A stretch of 64,000 nt of DNA from Eledone cirrhosa (GCA_964016885.1 OZ024740.1:406782001-406846000); one strand, 5' to 3'; numbered from the stretch's first letter, positions 38,236 through 52,682 are shown. The notes: generated from the letters alone by a model not told the origin. Numbers and translations: made by a program.

Positions 38236-38669
38236 AATATGGTTTTATAAATATAGTTTCCATTTATTTAATATCATTGAATATTTATATATTAAGAACT
38301 CCAAAAGTTCACATAACCACGATGTGCTTTGTGCATCCATAGTACTGCAAAATTGTGTCACACACCATCTTACTTCAATGCTAACTGGAATGAATCCAGT
38401 GACCGAGTACTTCACTACAGAATCAGTGGTCTAGTGGCAATATTAAACAAAATAATTAGGGTTATCATAAGAAATTAATATGGCTATCAACCAATCGACC
38501 ATTAAATCAATTAATATAAAATATCAAAATTATTGATATATCCCACAAATTCATTACGATTACCAATATAACTAATATCAAACAATCAATAATTAAATCA
38601 GTCAATAAAAATATTTAAAAATATTGATATCCAAACCAACGCCAGTTTCACCAAAAGTTGAACTGCTAC

Positions 38670-39090
38670 TGCTTTCATGACTTGGCTTCATGAACGAAGA
38701 TTACGAAGGGGCTGGTCCATGTTGACTGCAGGAATGCTTGTGGCTGTTCAGGCCAATGCCACAGCAGCTGCAGCTGAAGGTTTGGTCAGGGTTTGATGAC
38801 GCGGTGTTGTGGTTCTTCTGATGCCGCTTGTCCGTGAGGGTGGCCCAGTGGGTGTTTTTGAAGGAAGGGACAGATTGGTTGATGATGAACCACCAGATGC
38901 CATGATCCTCAGTTAAGGTGGACCACTGGTGATGGTCAATGAGACAGGCACCAAGGGATGCTTTCAAACAATCCTTGTATTGCTTCCATGGTGCCCCCTG
39001 TCGCGATGGTCAGTGGAGAGTTCACTGTACAGCATGATCCTGGGCAGGCAATGATCCTTTATCCTGGAGACATGCCATGCCCAGCATAGT
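38670..39090 (-). mobile_element. RTE/BovB-like LINE 3' fragment
   Basis: Remnant LCWAWHVSRI..LPRIMLYSEL..GAPWKQYKDCLKASL, a C-terminal Cys/His knuckle and a cttcgttcatgaagccaag end. Confidence 0.7.
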
Positions 39091-40089
39091 TGGGACTTCA
39101 TGGCATGTACTGGGTGCATTTTATCTTGGCCTACTACTACCATCTGATAGAGTGGTACTGGATACTTTTTATTGTGGCACCACCACTATCACTTGATAGG
39201 GTAGACTGCATGTTTTGGGTTTTTTTTATTGTACCACTAGCAATATCATTTTTTGACACTAGGGCACTCATTGTCACCTCATGTATATATATATTTGGAT
39301 GTCTTTCCTACGACTTGAAAGAGCCAGATAGAAAAAATGAAAAAATGAACCACAGAATAATGTGGGTGTAGAAAATTTCTTTCTAAATGTTTTTATAATA
39401 TCACAAGATGTATAAGTTGTCAAAATGATATCTTTCAGCTATCATTATCCTATATGAATTCTACATATAAGATAATAAATTATGTTTTTTTTTTATGAAT
39501 AAGCCAACAGATTACAACTGTTTTCTACTCAAATCATATATAATATATCAAATTGTAAATATCTATTTATTTCATATTAAGAAGTAGTAAAATAATAATA
39601 AACTGATTGTGATTGGCAATTACTCAGTTCTGTTTTTGTGCTATATATTTGTCACTCACAGTAAAGCAAAGGATTAGTTCAATTCATTCAACTTGCAAAG
39701 CTGATAATCTCCTCATAACATGACAAGAGAATTTTTCACACTGAAATAAGACTATAAGCAGCTTTAGTGCCATCTTTGTATTTTACCTCCCATATTAGAA
39801 GACAGAATGTAGAGTAATTAGAGAGAGAAAGTGACAATTGTTAACATGTCTCTTCATCTTCATGATTATCAACATTTTGCATCGTCTTTTCCATGCTTGC
39901 ATGGTTTGGACGTGTCTTTTTCAGCACAGCATCACTCCACTCATCATATTCCTTCGTCATCTCCTATGTTAGCTTCAGCAATTTGAAGTCAGCTCTCATC
40001 ACCTCCATCCAGGTCTTCCTTCAAATAGGATTTCTTGGTTCGTCTTCACCCAGTGATTATCATTCAAGCACATCACTTGTCTATACCAG

Positions 40090-40680
40090 TACAGCCTTGT
40101 CTCTTAATAAAATATCCTGTTCCACAACTCCCAACCTCTCACACAACATCACTGCATCTAACTTAGCAAAATTACCTAGCCGTAGTAATATAAACAATCC
40201 TGAAGTTAGTTCTAGCTGCAATTGTATTAATAGGGACTACTGCCCTCTAACCAACAAATGCCTATCAAGCAATATAGTTGACAAAGGTAAGGTTGATACA
40301 CCCACTACTAGTAAGGCTTACATAAGGTTAACCTCCAATAGATTTAAGCAGTGTCTGTACATGCATTCTCATTCCTTTCAAAACTCTTTAAGAAGGTATA
40401 TGACTTCACTTTCAGCCTATATCTGGAATTAAAAAGACAATAACATTTGATATAGGTTACACTGAGAGATCATAGCTAAAGCTAAATCCTATAATGGAAA
40501 TAAAAGATCCTGTGATCTTTGTGCTGCTGAAGCCCTGAAAATCCTTTATGCCAATGAACAAATCTTAAACAAAAAAATCTGAGGCAATTTTGAATTCTAA
40601 GCATAAACTGTATAAAACGTTTTTGTATTACAGCCTAACATATCTTAACGGATAGTATGTACACTATGCTGATGATATAT
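40090..40680 (+). mobile_element. Degenerate GIY-YIG/C-terminal fragment of another Penelope-like family
   Basis: CNC..YCPLTNKCLSSNIV.K.KV....KAYI.LTSN.FKQ..YMH..SF...TSLSAYIWN, followed by a CDLC..E motif. Confidence 0.75.
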
Positions 40681-41029
40681 GTCATCATTTGGTAGCCAAG
40701 AACAATCTAAGTAGAGTGCACAGCACAGACTTTTTTGAGAATATGAGTTTCTCAGATTTTGCAAAACTGATTTTCATTCACACTGTGCAGCACTCGGCAT
40801 CAAACCTATCAAGTGCAAGTCAGAGATCCCCTTCTGCTGGGTTCAGTAACACCATGTTGCCTACAAATTCCAGCCGACTGATTTTACACCTGCTAGTCGT
40901 GATACTACTTCAAATCCGGCTGTGCATGAAAATAAAGACCAGGAAGGATGACAGTGTGCACCCTTGGCAAGTCCGACTTGCACATTAAATGGTTTTGATT
41001 TAGCACCATTTGTCCAAACACGAATACTC

Positions 41030-41560
41030 AGGCATTCATATAGAGACAGCAAAGCAACAAGAAGCTAACCATTGATCCTATACTCCTGGAGAGCATTCCA
41101 CAGAAGGTCTCAAGGAATGCGGTGATATGCCTTTTTGAGTTCTACAATGCACCTCTTGGCAGTACTCCTATGATTTCTTGAAGATCTGCCACAGTGTGAA
41201 TATTTGGTCAGCTGTGTTGCATCCAGGGTGAAAACCGCACTGTTCATCAGCTAGCTTGGACTCGACAGTCTCCCTGCATCTCTTTGCCAGGCAATTAGCA
41301 TAGACTTTACCAGAGCATACACACCTCATTCCTTTAAAATCTTTGCAAATCCTCTGCATTACAGGTCCAAATCTCACTCCCATGCAGCATTGTAGTTCAC
41401 ACATAGGCATCATACAACTTGTCTGTCACTCTGAGAGAAACCCTTCATAACCCTCAGAGGTAGTAGCTCTCTGAACTTTATCCAACAATTTCTCACTCTA
41501 GCTACTGTACTTTCAGAACATCTACCACTTAATTAGGTCACCAAGGAAATGGAAGCTGTC
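41030..41560 (-). mobile_element. Mixed degenerate RTE fragments
   Basis: GKVYANCL..EQCGFHPG..TADQIFTL; LY...ELQC..GSEIW. Confidence 0.65.
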
Positions 41561-41880
41561 AACTTCTAGAGCTCTTGTGCATTGGCCACATATAAAGTCT
41601 AGATGACACTTGCTGATGATATGTGTATGTGTGTGCACATTATATATATATATATATATATATATAATCATCATCGTTGTCATTAACGTCCACTTTCCAT
41701 GCTAGTATGGGTTAGACGGGTTTGTCCTATTAGAGGCAAGTTGGGTCAGGTGACCGTGTCTTGCTCCTATGGGACTTTTTCTGGCTAAATTTCTATGGCT
41801 TGATGCCTTTCATATATATATATGCTACTAAGAGACATGCCAACCATGCTAATGTTCATATTTTTGTTATATATATATAT

Positions 41881-42197
41881 ATGGCTTAGTGGTTAGAGCA
41901 TTGGCCTTGGAATCGAAAGGTTGTGAGTTCAATTCTCAGACCGGGTGATGTGTCGTTTCCTTGAGCAGACACTTTATTTCACATTGCTCCAGTTTACTCA
42001 GCTGTAGAAATGAGATGATAGGGACTGGGGTCCATATCATTCCACTGCAAAGTGGTCGTGGAGGTGCCACGGCAAAAAAGCACCCACCACTCACTGTAAA
42101 TGAGGTTGGTGTTAGGAAAGGCATTCAGCTGTAGAAATCAAGCCAAAATCAGTTCCCGTCCCACCCTTACAAGCAGGGAAAAAGCGGACGTAAAATG
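41881..42197 (+). mobile_element. tRNA-derived SINE with RTE tail
   Basis: Same family as 14402-14743. Confidence 0.9.
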
Positions 42198-42292
42198 AAA
42201 AATGAATATAAAGTATAGGGAGTGTTTAACAAATGTAAACTGAAATTTCACCTGACTATTGGAACTAAAAAGAGCTTTTTCTTTAATGTTCT

Positions 42293-42585
42293 TAATTACC
42301 TAGATAGCACAAGATTTCAACCACTTCAATGAATCCTTCCTGCAAATGGAAAAGGTTTATATCACTGACACTCTTCCCCTCGATTACCCCTGTGCATCTA
42401 CATACTAAGTCTTCTCTTCCTCTTAGTCTACCTGTTATCCCACTATATCTCTTGTGTACCCAAGATTTACATTGTATATATCTTATAGAGTTTATGTCTA
42501 TTCCTTTTTTACGTATTGAGCAGGACCACCTCCCTGGGAGAATCAGAGTTTTATCTTGTTTCCTACTTACTACCACTTTAGTTTT
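42293..42585 (-). mobile_element. RTE LINE Cys-rich region fragment
   Basis: GRWSCSIRKKG..NSI...QCKSWVHKRYSGITG..CYLG. Confidence 0.8.
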
Positions 42586-42892
42586 CTATTCTCAGACCTT
42601 CTGAGTCAAACATTCTCTTTAAAAGCTCATTTCCTTTCAAACCATAAAAAGAGAATATAATGAATAAGTTCTTTCATGGTTTATTTAGTTATAAATCAAA
42701 CTACAGACAATTACTTTCTAATCAGAATAAAGGAAAAAAGGAAAATCAAATTTATAAATTATCTCCTGTTCAATATTTACATCAGAGGGTTCTTGAACTT
42801 TTGCCCCCCCCCCCCTCCTCACGGCCACATAATACCCTCAGCGCCCCCACCCCTATCTCCAGAGAGACCTGCCTACACGCAAATTGTAAATA

Positions 42893-44941
42893 ATATAATA
42901 TATACGAGTATAATAAGTAAGGCGATCAAAGACATGAAGACGGGCAAGGCGGCTGGGCCTTCGGAAATAGTTGCTGAAATGCTGAAAGCATCTGGAACGG
43001 TCGGACACACTATGGTCACCCGGATAGTAAACCAAGTCATACAGAATGGGGTCGTTCCGAAAGACTGGCATAGCAGCATCATCATTAACTGCTACAAGGG
43101 TAAATGAGATGCCCTAGATAAAGGTAACTATAGAGGCATTAAATTAATTGACCAGGTGATGAAGGTCACAGAAAAAGTAATAGCGCAACTAATCAGAGAG
43201 CGAATTGATCTAGACGAAATGCAGTTTGGGTTTGGGTCAGGTAAAAGTACAACAGACGCTCTTTTCATTGTATGACAACTACAGGAGAAGTACCTAGCTA
43301 AAAGTAAACCCATATACTTAGCTTTTGTTGACTTGGAGAAAGCCTTTGACAGAGTACCCCGCTCGATTATCTGGTGGGCCCTTAGAAAACTAGGTGTTGA
43401 TGAATGGCTTGTGAGAGCTATACAAGCCATGTATAAAGAAACAGTCAGCAAGGTTAGAATTAACAACGAATATAGTGAAGAGTTTAGTGTAAAAGTTGGT
43501 GTTCATCAGGGCTTCGTCCTTAGCCCCCTACTATTTATTATTGCCCTTCAGGCTATAACAGAGGAGTTCAAGACCGGCTGCCCATGGGAACTTCTATACG
43601 CAGATGATCTAACGCTCATAGCTGAATCAATGGCTGAACTAGAGAAGAAATTCCAAACATGGAAGCATGGCCTAGAATCAAAAGGCCTTAAAATTAACCT
43701 GTCTAAGACTAAAGTTCTAGTTTGTAGGAAGGAAAATAGGGCACTGGTCTCATCTGGGAAATAGCCATGCTCAGTGTGTAGGAAAGGAGTAGGCAGAAAC
43801 TCCATTTTATGTCCCAAATGCAAAGTGTGGGTGCAAAAAAGATGTAGTGGGATCACAGGTAAGCTAACTAAGAATAAAGATTTTATATGTGGTCGGTGCT
43901 CAGGTGCAATAAGTAGCAGCAAGTGCCCACAAAATACTAGCTCATTCCATTGCACAGATGGTTCTATAGAAATAGTGGACACCTTCCGTTACCTGGGTGA
44001 CAAAATCTGCAGTGGGGGAGGGTGCTCTGAAAGTACAGTAGCTAGAGTCAGAACGGGATGGAAGAAGTTCAGAGAGCTTATACCACTATTGGCCGCTAAA
44101 GGGTTCTCTCTAAAAATGAAAGGCAGGCTGTATGATGCCTGCATACGAACAGCAATGTTACATGGCAGTGAGACTTGGGCATTGTGTGCAGAGGATATAC
44201 GCAGACTGGAGAGGAACGAAGCTTGCATGCTCCGTTGGATGTGTAATAGTAATATACGTGAACGGCAAAGCATGAATGAACTAAGGGAGAAATTAGGAAT
44301 AAGAGGAACCAGATGTTGTTTACTCGAGAGAAGACTACATTGGTACAGTCACGTGATGCGCATGAAAGACGACAGCTGTATAAAAAAGTGCAGGGCAATA
44401 AAGATAGACGGTAGCCACGGAGTAGGCAGACCCAGAAAAACCTGGGACGACTTGATAAATTCCGACCTCACACACTTCCACCTCTCCAAGACAATGTCAC
44501 TGGACTGAGATCTTTGGCGCTACACAGTAATACAGAAGACCCGCCTTGCCTAAGTAACAAGCGAAACCTACAGTCAGTAGGCACCTCTAACAAAAATACA
44601 CCCCGGCCCCACTACCCCCACCTCATCCACACCACCCCTTCCAATGTAATGTTATGTTGGTACCACAGCATCCAGTCCGAAACAAATGAGGTCGTGTAGG
44701 TGTCACGACAAAAACACACACAGTCCACGCTGTAATGTGGCCGTGTAGGTAACACGGTAAAAACCTCCCAGTCCACACTGTAAACGTGGTTGGTGTTAGG
44801 AAGGGCATCCAGCCGTAGAAAACCTGCCAGACGGTCCTATATGAGCAAGACAACCAATCTTGCCTCAAGTGGGAAAACTCCCGTCCGAACCCATGCAAGC
44901 GTGGAAGATGGATGTTAAACGATGATGATGATGATGATGAT
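42893..44941 (+). mobile_element. RTE-clade LINE, 5'-truncated, several stops
   Basis: MKTGKAAGPS..DLEKAFD..YADD..; 3'UTR and (gat)n tail. Confidence 0.97.
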
Positions 44942-44959
44942 ACTATGTATAAATAAATC

Positions 44960-45229
44960 ATTTCATTTCATTTTTACGTCCGCTTTTCCCTGCTTGCAAG
45001 GGTGGGACGGGAACTGATTCTGGCTTGATTTCTACAGCTGGATGCCCTTCCTAACACCAACCTCATTTACAGTGAGTGCTGGGTGCATCTCATTTCTACA
45101 GCTGAGTAAACTGGAGCAATGTGAAATAAAGTGTCTTGCTCAAGGAAACAACACATCACCCGGTCTGAGAATTGAACTCACAACCTTTCGATTGCAAGGC
45201 CAATGCTCTAACCATTAAGCCATGTGCCT
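44960..45229 (-). mobile_element. tRNA-derived SINE with RTE tail (internal deletion)
   Basis: Same family as 14402-14743. Confidence 0.88.
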
Positions 45230-45617
45230 CCTCCACTCATATATATTTATATATAATACATATCATTTGATATTTAATATACTATTATATCATATGTATA
45301 CAATACTATAATATTATAAATAATAAATTCATAGCGTCCCCCAATCCACTCCCCAAAAAGAGACCTTTCTACATACACAAATATATTCTTGCACAAATTT
45401 ACAACACATATTGGAGAAGTCAATAGTATACCACTAAAACAGCTCACCCAGATAGGTTTTTAGGGATGGGGAGGGAGGGGGTTCAATGAGAAGGATGAAG
45501 TGAAAGTAGCCTCTCAATCTCAGGCTTAATTGTACTAAGATTAAGTTCGGGCGAAATGACAGCTTCTCTGTTCCTCCCAACACCCCCTTTTTTTCTCTAT
45601 CGCCCCCACCCTCCCCC

Positions 45618-45912
45618 CAGGTCCTTCTCTATGAAGTTCCACTGAAGCAGGTGGAGGAGTTCAAGTATCTTGGGGTCGAGTTCACAAATGATGAAAGACA
45701 GGGGGCTGAATTAAGTGCAAGAATTGCAGGAGCTGGTGCAGTAATGCGCCAGCTTCAGCATTCAGTCACCTGAAGAAGAGAGGTAGGTGTAAAAGCCAAA
45801 CTCATTATCTTCAGTTTGGTATTCGTGCCAACCCTTACCTATGGTCATAAATCTTGGGTAATGACCAAAAGTATACAATCAAGAATGCAAGTGGCGAAAA
45901 TGAGATTCCTCA
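45618..45912 (+). mobile_element. RTE-type LINE fragment (different family)
   Basis: LKQVEEFKYLGVEFTND.RQ.AELSARIAGAGAVMRQL...FVPTLTYGH.SWVMT. Confidence 0.8.
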
Positions 45913-48403
45913 GCCCAACACTTTCTAGCAGGGAAAATGGACATTAAATGATAATGGAGATGATGATATATAATCAAATTCTTCCCATTGTTAGCACTAT
46001 CCAGTCTCGTTCTTGCATGAGATAATGATGAGAAGGTTAGCTGCAGGTAAACTAAGATACACCCTCCTGTAACTCAGTGAAACACTTCAGTTGAGATTAG
46101 TACTATTTGTTCTAATATCAACACTCACACATCTTTCTTACTACATATCTACAATATTTCTTGATAAGTAAAAGTTTGTTTTGTAGCTGTTTTTGTTTTA
46201 GTTTGCTTTCTATTTCCCTACTGACAAATTGAGAAAAATCAAGTTTACTGAAGTAAACTTGCTTTTTCTCACCATTTTTCTTGGAATTTTTATGAAGGCT
46301 CTTATTTCACATCTTATTAAACCCTTTAGAGAAATAAGGTTAAAAGTCTGTCACAAGCCAGGAGCCTCATCAGGCTGGAGATTAACCTGGTTTTATTGTT
46401 ATTTAGCAACCAAGAGTACAAGACTCTCACCAAGATATTACACCAATAAATTACAAAGTTACTCCTTTTCAGCTGAATTGACTGAAGCAATATGGAATGA
46501 AGTGTTTTGCTGAAGAACACAATGTGCCACCTAGTAAAGGAATAAAACTCATGACATTGCGATTGTAAGCCCAACACCCTAACTATGCATACATAGAGTT
46601 ATCAGGATGCCATAATAATAATATACAATATCTGGTGGAATCCATGTTTCTTCAGGTCAGAGCACAGCCAACTTCTTCTAGAGAAATAGAGGGCAAAAAC
46701 GAAAGAGGAAGTGAGGGAGAATTGACTTTAGTGCTGGACTGGTATTTTATTGACCTTGAAAGGATGAAAGGCAAAGCTGACTTTGGTAGGATTTAAACTC
46801 ATGCCACAGATAGCTGGAACAAATAGCACAAAACTTTCTATCAGACATTCTAATGATTCCACCGTAACACTATAACTACTAGGTTAAATGATGATCATCA
46901 TCGTTTAACGGCCATTTTTTCCTGCTTGCATGAGTTAGATAAGTTATCTCGTGAGACAAGTCAGATCAGAAGACCATGTCTTGCGCATACAGAACTGTTT
47001 CTGGCTTGGTTTCTATGACTGGATGCCCTTCCTAATGCCAACCAAATTTATAGTGTGAACTGGGCATTTTTTGTTGTGAGATAAACATAACTTTACAGTA
47101 TAGACTGGGTGCTTTTTGTCATAGCACCAACTCAACCACTTTACAATGTGGACTGGCCACTTTTTGTCAGGTCCCCAACATGACCACTTTACTGAGTGGA
47201 CTGGCCACTTTTTGTCACGACACCAGTCATCAAGCTATATAAATCACTGAATTTAACTGTTTCTCTACATTCAGCATTCAAATTTTACCAAGGTTGACAC
47301 ATCATGGCAGAATGATTAAGAAGTTTTCTTTGCAATCATTAGGTCCTGGGTTTGATCCCACTGCATGCTATCTGGGGCAAGTGTCATTTACCATTGACCC
47401 AGGCCTTGAGTGAAACTGGATAGACAGAAACTGTAATTCAAAGAGCCAACTTTGTGAAACACAATGTAATGCTGAATCTCCCTGAGAATAATGTTATGGC
47501 TATATGTGTCTGTTCCATTGATCAAACAACTGGAGCACTCACAATCAAAACAGATGGAGATCTATCAGATATACTAGGCTTTATTCATGCAACTACTCCC
47601 TTGCCTCTGCGAAAATAAACCAAATCAAATAATTTTCAAAATAATCAAGAATTCAAAAGGACTTAGTAATAAAACTAGCATTTTCGTTATTTATCTGGTG
47701 TTTGGAACTATTCTAGCAATGTATAATAATGACGGAAGGTTTTTCGATAAATATAAACACTTTCGGTCTGTTTGGTAACAAAAAGGTTAACGTTTCGAGA
47801 CAACCTCATAATCATTTTCAGAATAAGAATAATTAATTTCTTCATCAACATGTAACCACAAACAAACAAACTTCAGACAACCAATGTAATATACATATTT
47901 TAATGTAAACATGAAAGTCGTCAACTTCATGACTCCAATTGTTACATCAAACACACAAGTACAACACTTTGTTGGTTAACCATGCATTTACAAGGATCCA
48001 TTGCAATACTGTACAGTACATGCAACAAACTTAGAAAAACATTAGTTGATAATACTAGAATTCTATATAGAATCTCACAAAAAACAAGAGTAACTGTAGA
48101 AGCGTCACTAATATCAAAACATAAACCAACACTCAACACACAAATATGTCATATGTGAAATTAACAATGAAAACAATTAGGACTTAACCCTTGGATAATA
48201 TTTCAAATTGAAGATTTGACCAGTACCTCCATCATCCTTTGAAGCCACTGCAAAGTGTGCAACAGAGAAGTTGCTACACATGTTTCTATATTATATGCTG
48301 TGTCAACTTGATCAAAATAATCTGGTACTAAGATGACCCCCCTCCCCAGAACTCTCTTTTGAAACCACAACCCATTCCAGCAGAAAAAATAAAATTAACT
48401 TAC

Positions 48404-48577
48404 CTTTAATATTATGAAGATGGAATGTATTTTCCAAAATATTCATCATTTTCTTTTGGCCATTACGGCTAGTTAAATTAAGAAATAACATGGCATCAAG
48501 AACTGCATGAAAAGAAGGAATTTTTTGAAGTCTTTGATGTAAATGATCTGCATGAATAAGAGCAGCTAAACCTCCGG
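48404..48577 (-). CDS. Pectin acetylesterase/Notum-family hydrolase, coding exon 5
   Basis: cttcaccag|CC...AAAG|gtaagt; (A)GGLAALIHADHL..AVLDAMLFL..FHLHNIK; phase 1/1. Confidence 0.92.
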
Positions 48578-48722
48578 CTGGTGAAGAAACAAAATAAAGA
48601 AAATTATAACTAACAAGTTGGAAAAGTGATAAAACGATCAAAAATTTTAAATCTTTCAGAAAATAATTAATTAAGTTAACCAGTTACAAATTTTAAATAA
48701 ACAAATAAAATTAAGTTTTTAC

Positions 48723-48863
48723 CTGATGAACCACTCAAGATAACTTTTTTGGCAGTTCCTAAATTAGTTTTAACAAGCAGAAAGTCAATGATAGCATCAA
48801 ATATAGATGCACCTCTGAGATAAATGCTCCTAGAGTTATACACAATTGGCTGTGAGCGGTTTC
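48723..48863 (-). CDS. Pectin acetylesterase/Notum-family hydrolase, coding exon 4
   Basis: ttttcag|GA...TCAG|gtaaa; GNRSQPIVYNSRSIYLRGASIFDAIIDFLL...AKKVILSGSS, which forms the GSSAG nucleophile elbow with exon 5. Confidence 0.93.
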
Positions 48864-48923
48864 CTGAAAAATATAATAAACTTTATAATTTAGTTTTGTC
48901 AATTAATATTTTATGGAAGTTAA

Positions 48924-49121
48924 CCCTTTAGTATTTAAACCAGCCATATCAAGCCAGAATTCTCTCACCTCTTTCTGTTTAATTGGCTGCCCATAGGTAT
49001 TGTTCTCAAAATAAATAATATCAAAATCTCGTAGTTTCGATATTATGAGATAATTATGTGAGGTAAAGCCTTTACCATGAAAATATGATAGTAAATATAG
49101 AGTAACGTAAATGCTAAAGGG
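48924..49121 (+). mobile_element. piggyBac-type MITE
   Basis: TTAA-ccctttagtattta ... taaatgctaaaggg-TTAA. Confidence 0.85.
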
Positions 49122-49671
49122 TTAAACATCTACATGCAAATGTGTTATGTTTAACTTTGAGGTTGAGTAACTGAAAGTCATCGTTGCTGATATCCAAGTG
49201 AGAGAAATTAGTGTCAAGGAGAGTAGAAGTTACATATGAGAAGACACCATGATCCATAATGATATTTGTATAAAGAGTGTAACCTGAACCAGAAAAGGAT
49301 GAGAGATTTGTATCAGAGACAATTGGGAAGTGTGGTTTGCAAGAAAGAAATAAGATGGTTAGTAAGAGGCAATGTATAGGACTAGGTTTGGATCAGATTC
49401 CATGGATATTGAAGAGGTGGAGAGAAACTTTTCCAGCAGATTTAGTAATATTTTGGGACAACATCAATGAACGGTGAGGTCATGATAATTTGTTGAGGAA
49501 ATTGTATGAAAAATTACCATCTTATCAACAATAATTCATCTTAGACATTTAAAATGAAATAATTTGAATTGTGTTTTTCATATTCTTCACATGATTTTAA
49601 TGAATGGATGCTCTTTTTAGCACCAACCACTATACAATATGGACTGGGTGTATTTTAGTGCATTACCACTA

Positions 49672-50300
49672 GCATCATTCAGTAAGACTTTTGTCAGCCG
49701 CTCTCCAGCTATCTATTTAAAGCTGTATATAGCTATCGTGTGTCCACACTTAGAATTTCATCACCAGTCTGGAACCCCTATCTTGCTCAGAATATTGATC
49801 TCCTGGAAACTGTTCAGAGATCTGCAACCAAACGAATACCCTCCATCAGGCATCTACCATACTCTGAACACCTTGCTTCCCTGGGCATGGATACATTGAA
49901 GCTCCAACGTCTGGCAACTGACTTGGTAAACACCCACAAAATTATTAACCATCTTGCCAACAACAAACCTGAGTACCTTTTTGATTTCCATGTGTCTAAC
50001 ACATGGGCATGCCCACAAAGTCAGAAAACAGAACAGCTTCCATGATTTTCAGAAACATTTTTTCAGTTGTTAACTGTTGGGACACTGCATCGTTCAAAAC
50101 GTCCATGCTTCCTGAAATTCACCAACACTACACCTAATATTCCCTCTCCATACACACACACACACGTGTGTGTGTATATCATGACTCATACACTATTCAC
50201 TTCCCTGACATTTGTATATTATTCTAAGTACTATACATGAACCTTTGATGAGTTGTAGTGCACCTGAGCACTATACACAATAATTTCATTATTATTATTA
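49672..50300 (+). mobile_element. CR1-clade LINE 3' fragment
   Basis: LYIAIVCPHLE..VWNPYL..NIDLLETVQRSATKRIP..LPYSEHL..L; ends in a (tat)n tail near 50288-50300. Confidence 0.8.
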
Positions 50301-51801
50301 GAGAAGTTGTCTGGCAGGACTAAACTGTTCTCTCTATACTGAGTCAGTTTTTATTCAGAACTGCTCTCCTAGATGGGTTACTACAGTTTATGGAGACCAC
50401 ACCTCCATACAAGTATTTATTCAGAGTTAATGTTCTTCTAGAATTCACACCTTCCCCAAACATTCAGTCCAAGTCCATAGAATTAAAATTACAGTTGTAG
50501 ATCACTGTATGTTAGCGAAGAGAGGAAGGAGTGAAAGAGATACAAAACTATTAGAGGAAAAAAATGTAATGGAGAATAGAGAGAAGCATGGAGAAGAGAG
50601 GGTATGTGTAAGGCTAAGAGATTTGCTAGCTACAAATCAAAAGCCAGAAGTTAAAACATAACCACTAAATAGTATCATATTTCAGACCTGCCAACCTCTA
50701 AAAAACCCAAACGGAGTGCACCATGAAAAAAAGTGCCCCCAAACGGGGGAGAAATGAGGCAAAATGGGGAGATTTTAATGAAAGCTATACCCATATTCAT
50801 AAGAGAAGACATCTCTCACCCACCCCAAAGTGGGTGGGAGATCTCCCCATCGGACAGGGAGTGTTGACAAGTCTATTTCATTTTTAAAGATAGTTTATTA
50901 TTCTATCAGGCCTAACTATTATGTATATCCCCACTCCATACTTCACAATAGAAAATTAAGAACAGGAAAGAGTATCTGATTATAAAAATACTATTAATTT
51001 ATGACAGTTTTTGTAAATTTATCTAATCAAAATTAACAAGTGGGAAAAATAAACAAACAAAACAAATGTAAAAATTAAAAAACTATGTAAATTATAACCT
51101 CTATACTTCATAAATAACTTATTTGTAAGTTGAAGATCCATAAACTAGAACCATTCTGATTACATACATGCGTGCACATGTAGTGAAAAGCGACAAAGAT
51201 TTTAAAACAGGGGAGATAATCTAATGTATGATTACCTACCTTCCATAGATTTTAGCTTCTCATACTAATTTTACTTTTTCTATTAGCCTTAAGTTTCTGA
51301 TTAAAGCGTGTAATCACTAAATAAAAGATATCTATTTTCAAGATAAATTGACTACAAAGGACTTTTGACTTATAGTAAAGAGTGAAGTCAAATTAGTAGG
51401 CCTTTGGTCTATTATGAATTACAATAACAATGATTTTCTTGAAGACTGTTCATGATTCTTAAAATAGATATGTATCACCTGTAACTTCCGATGGAGTCAT
51501 AGGGGCGTTGTCGTGACATAAAGCATACCTTGGGCATTTTAAAACCTGGCAGAGCCCATCCCCTCTACAGGTGTGAACACATCTGATATCTTCCAGACAA
51601 GGAGAGAGAATGATAAAGTGGAAATAAGAAAGAGGTATAGAAGAAGAATTGGTACATTTTTTTATCAACCTTGAAAGGATGAATGGCAACATTAAACCAT
51701 AGTGGGATTTGAACTCAGAGCGTGCAGAGAGCTGGAAAGAACATTGCAAAGCATTATATCTAACATTCTAACGACTGCCACTTCACTGTCTACAATGAAT
51801 A

Positions 51802-52682
51802 TACGAGGTTTGACCCAAACGTAAGGGTACTAATATTATATTTAAATCTATATTAAACGTACATGAAATTACAAATTATCCCCTTCTAAATATGACCTTT
51901 GGGAAGTCACACAGTGGTTCCAAAGTTTTTTTCCATTGATTGTAGCAGTACCGGAAGTAATTTTCTGTCAGTGTCTTTAGCTTATCAGTTACAATTTTTT
52001 GTATGTTTTCCACTGTCCTAAAATGATGACCCTTCAACTTTGATTTCAAGTTAGGGTAGAAGTAGAAATCACAAGGAGCTAGATCTGGGCTATAAGGAGG
52101 ATATGGAAGAGTGGGAATGTTTTTTTTTTTTCAGAAATTCCCAGATTGAAAGTGCTGTGTGAGCAGGTGCGTTATCGCGGGGCAGTACCCAACCTCCTGC
52201 AATGTCCTTTTCAGACTCACTGGACCTGTTTTCAAAGTCCCTCCAAGACTCTTTGTAGAAGGTGCAATTACCTGTCTGTCTTGGAGGTAAAAATTCTTTG
52301 TGAAAAATACCACAGCTGTCGAAAAAATTGATAATCATCATTTTTACCCTGGATCTACTCGTGTGCTTTCTACAGAAGAGGAGAATGTTTCATGTATCAC
52401 TTCTCAATTTGCTGTTTTGTCTCTGGATCATACTTGAACACCCATGATTCATCTCCTATTATTACTTTATCAAAGAAATTTGGCTCAATTTCGAATCTTT
52501 CTAGCAAATTCCAACCAGTTCACTTTTTGCTCCACAAGTATTTGGGCACTGTTAACATTTTGTGAACTGCATCCAAGCCTCACTCTTCTGCAATCATCCT
52601 AACACTTAATCGGTGATCTTTTGCCATCACCTCTCGCATCACTTCCACATTTTGTTTATTTGTTGACGAGAATGGCCTTTCA
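51802..52682 (-). mobile_element. Mariner transposase remnant with one TIR, cut by an assembly gap
   Basis: FFDSCGIFHKEFLP..QT, DNAPAHTAL, DHRLSVRMIAEE; TA-cgagg terminus at 51802. Confidence 0.85.

Larger units (their letters stand above)
37928..38287. repeat. Palindrome, 178-bp arms, 4-bp spacer
   Basis: Arms 37928-38105 / 38110-38287, apparently perfect. Confidence 0.95.

Noticed and set aside
40669-40690. CTGATGA just downstream of the GIY-YIG fragment
   Set aside because: No stem II-GAAA follows; at most a truncated remnant.
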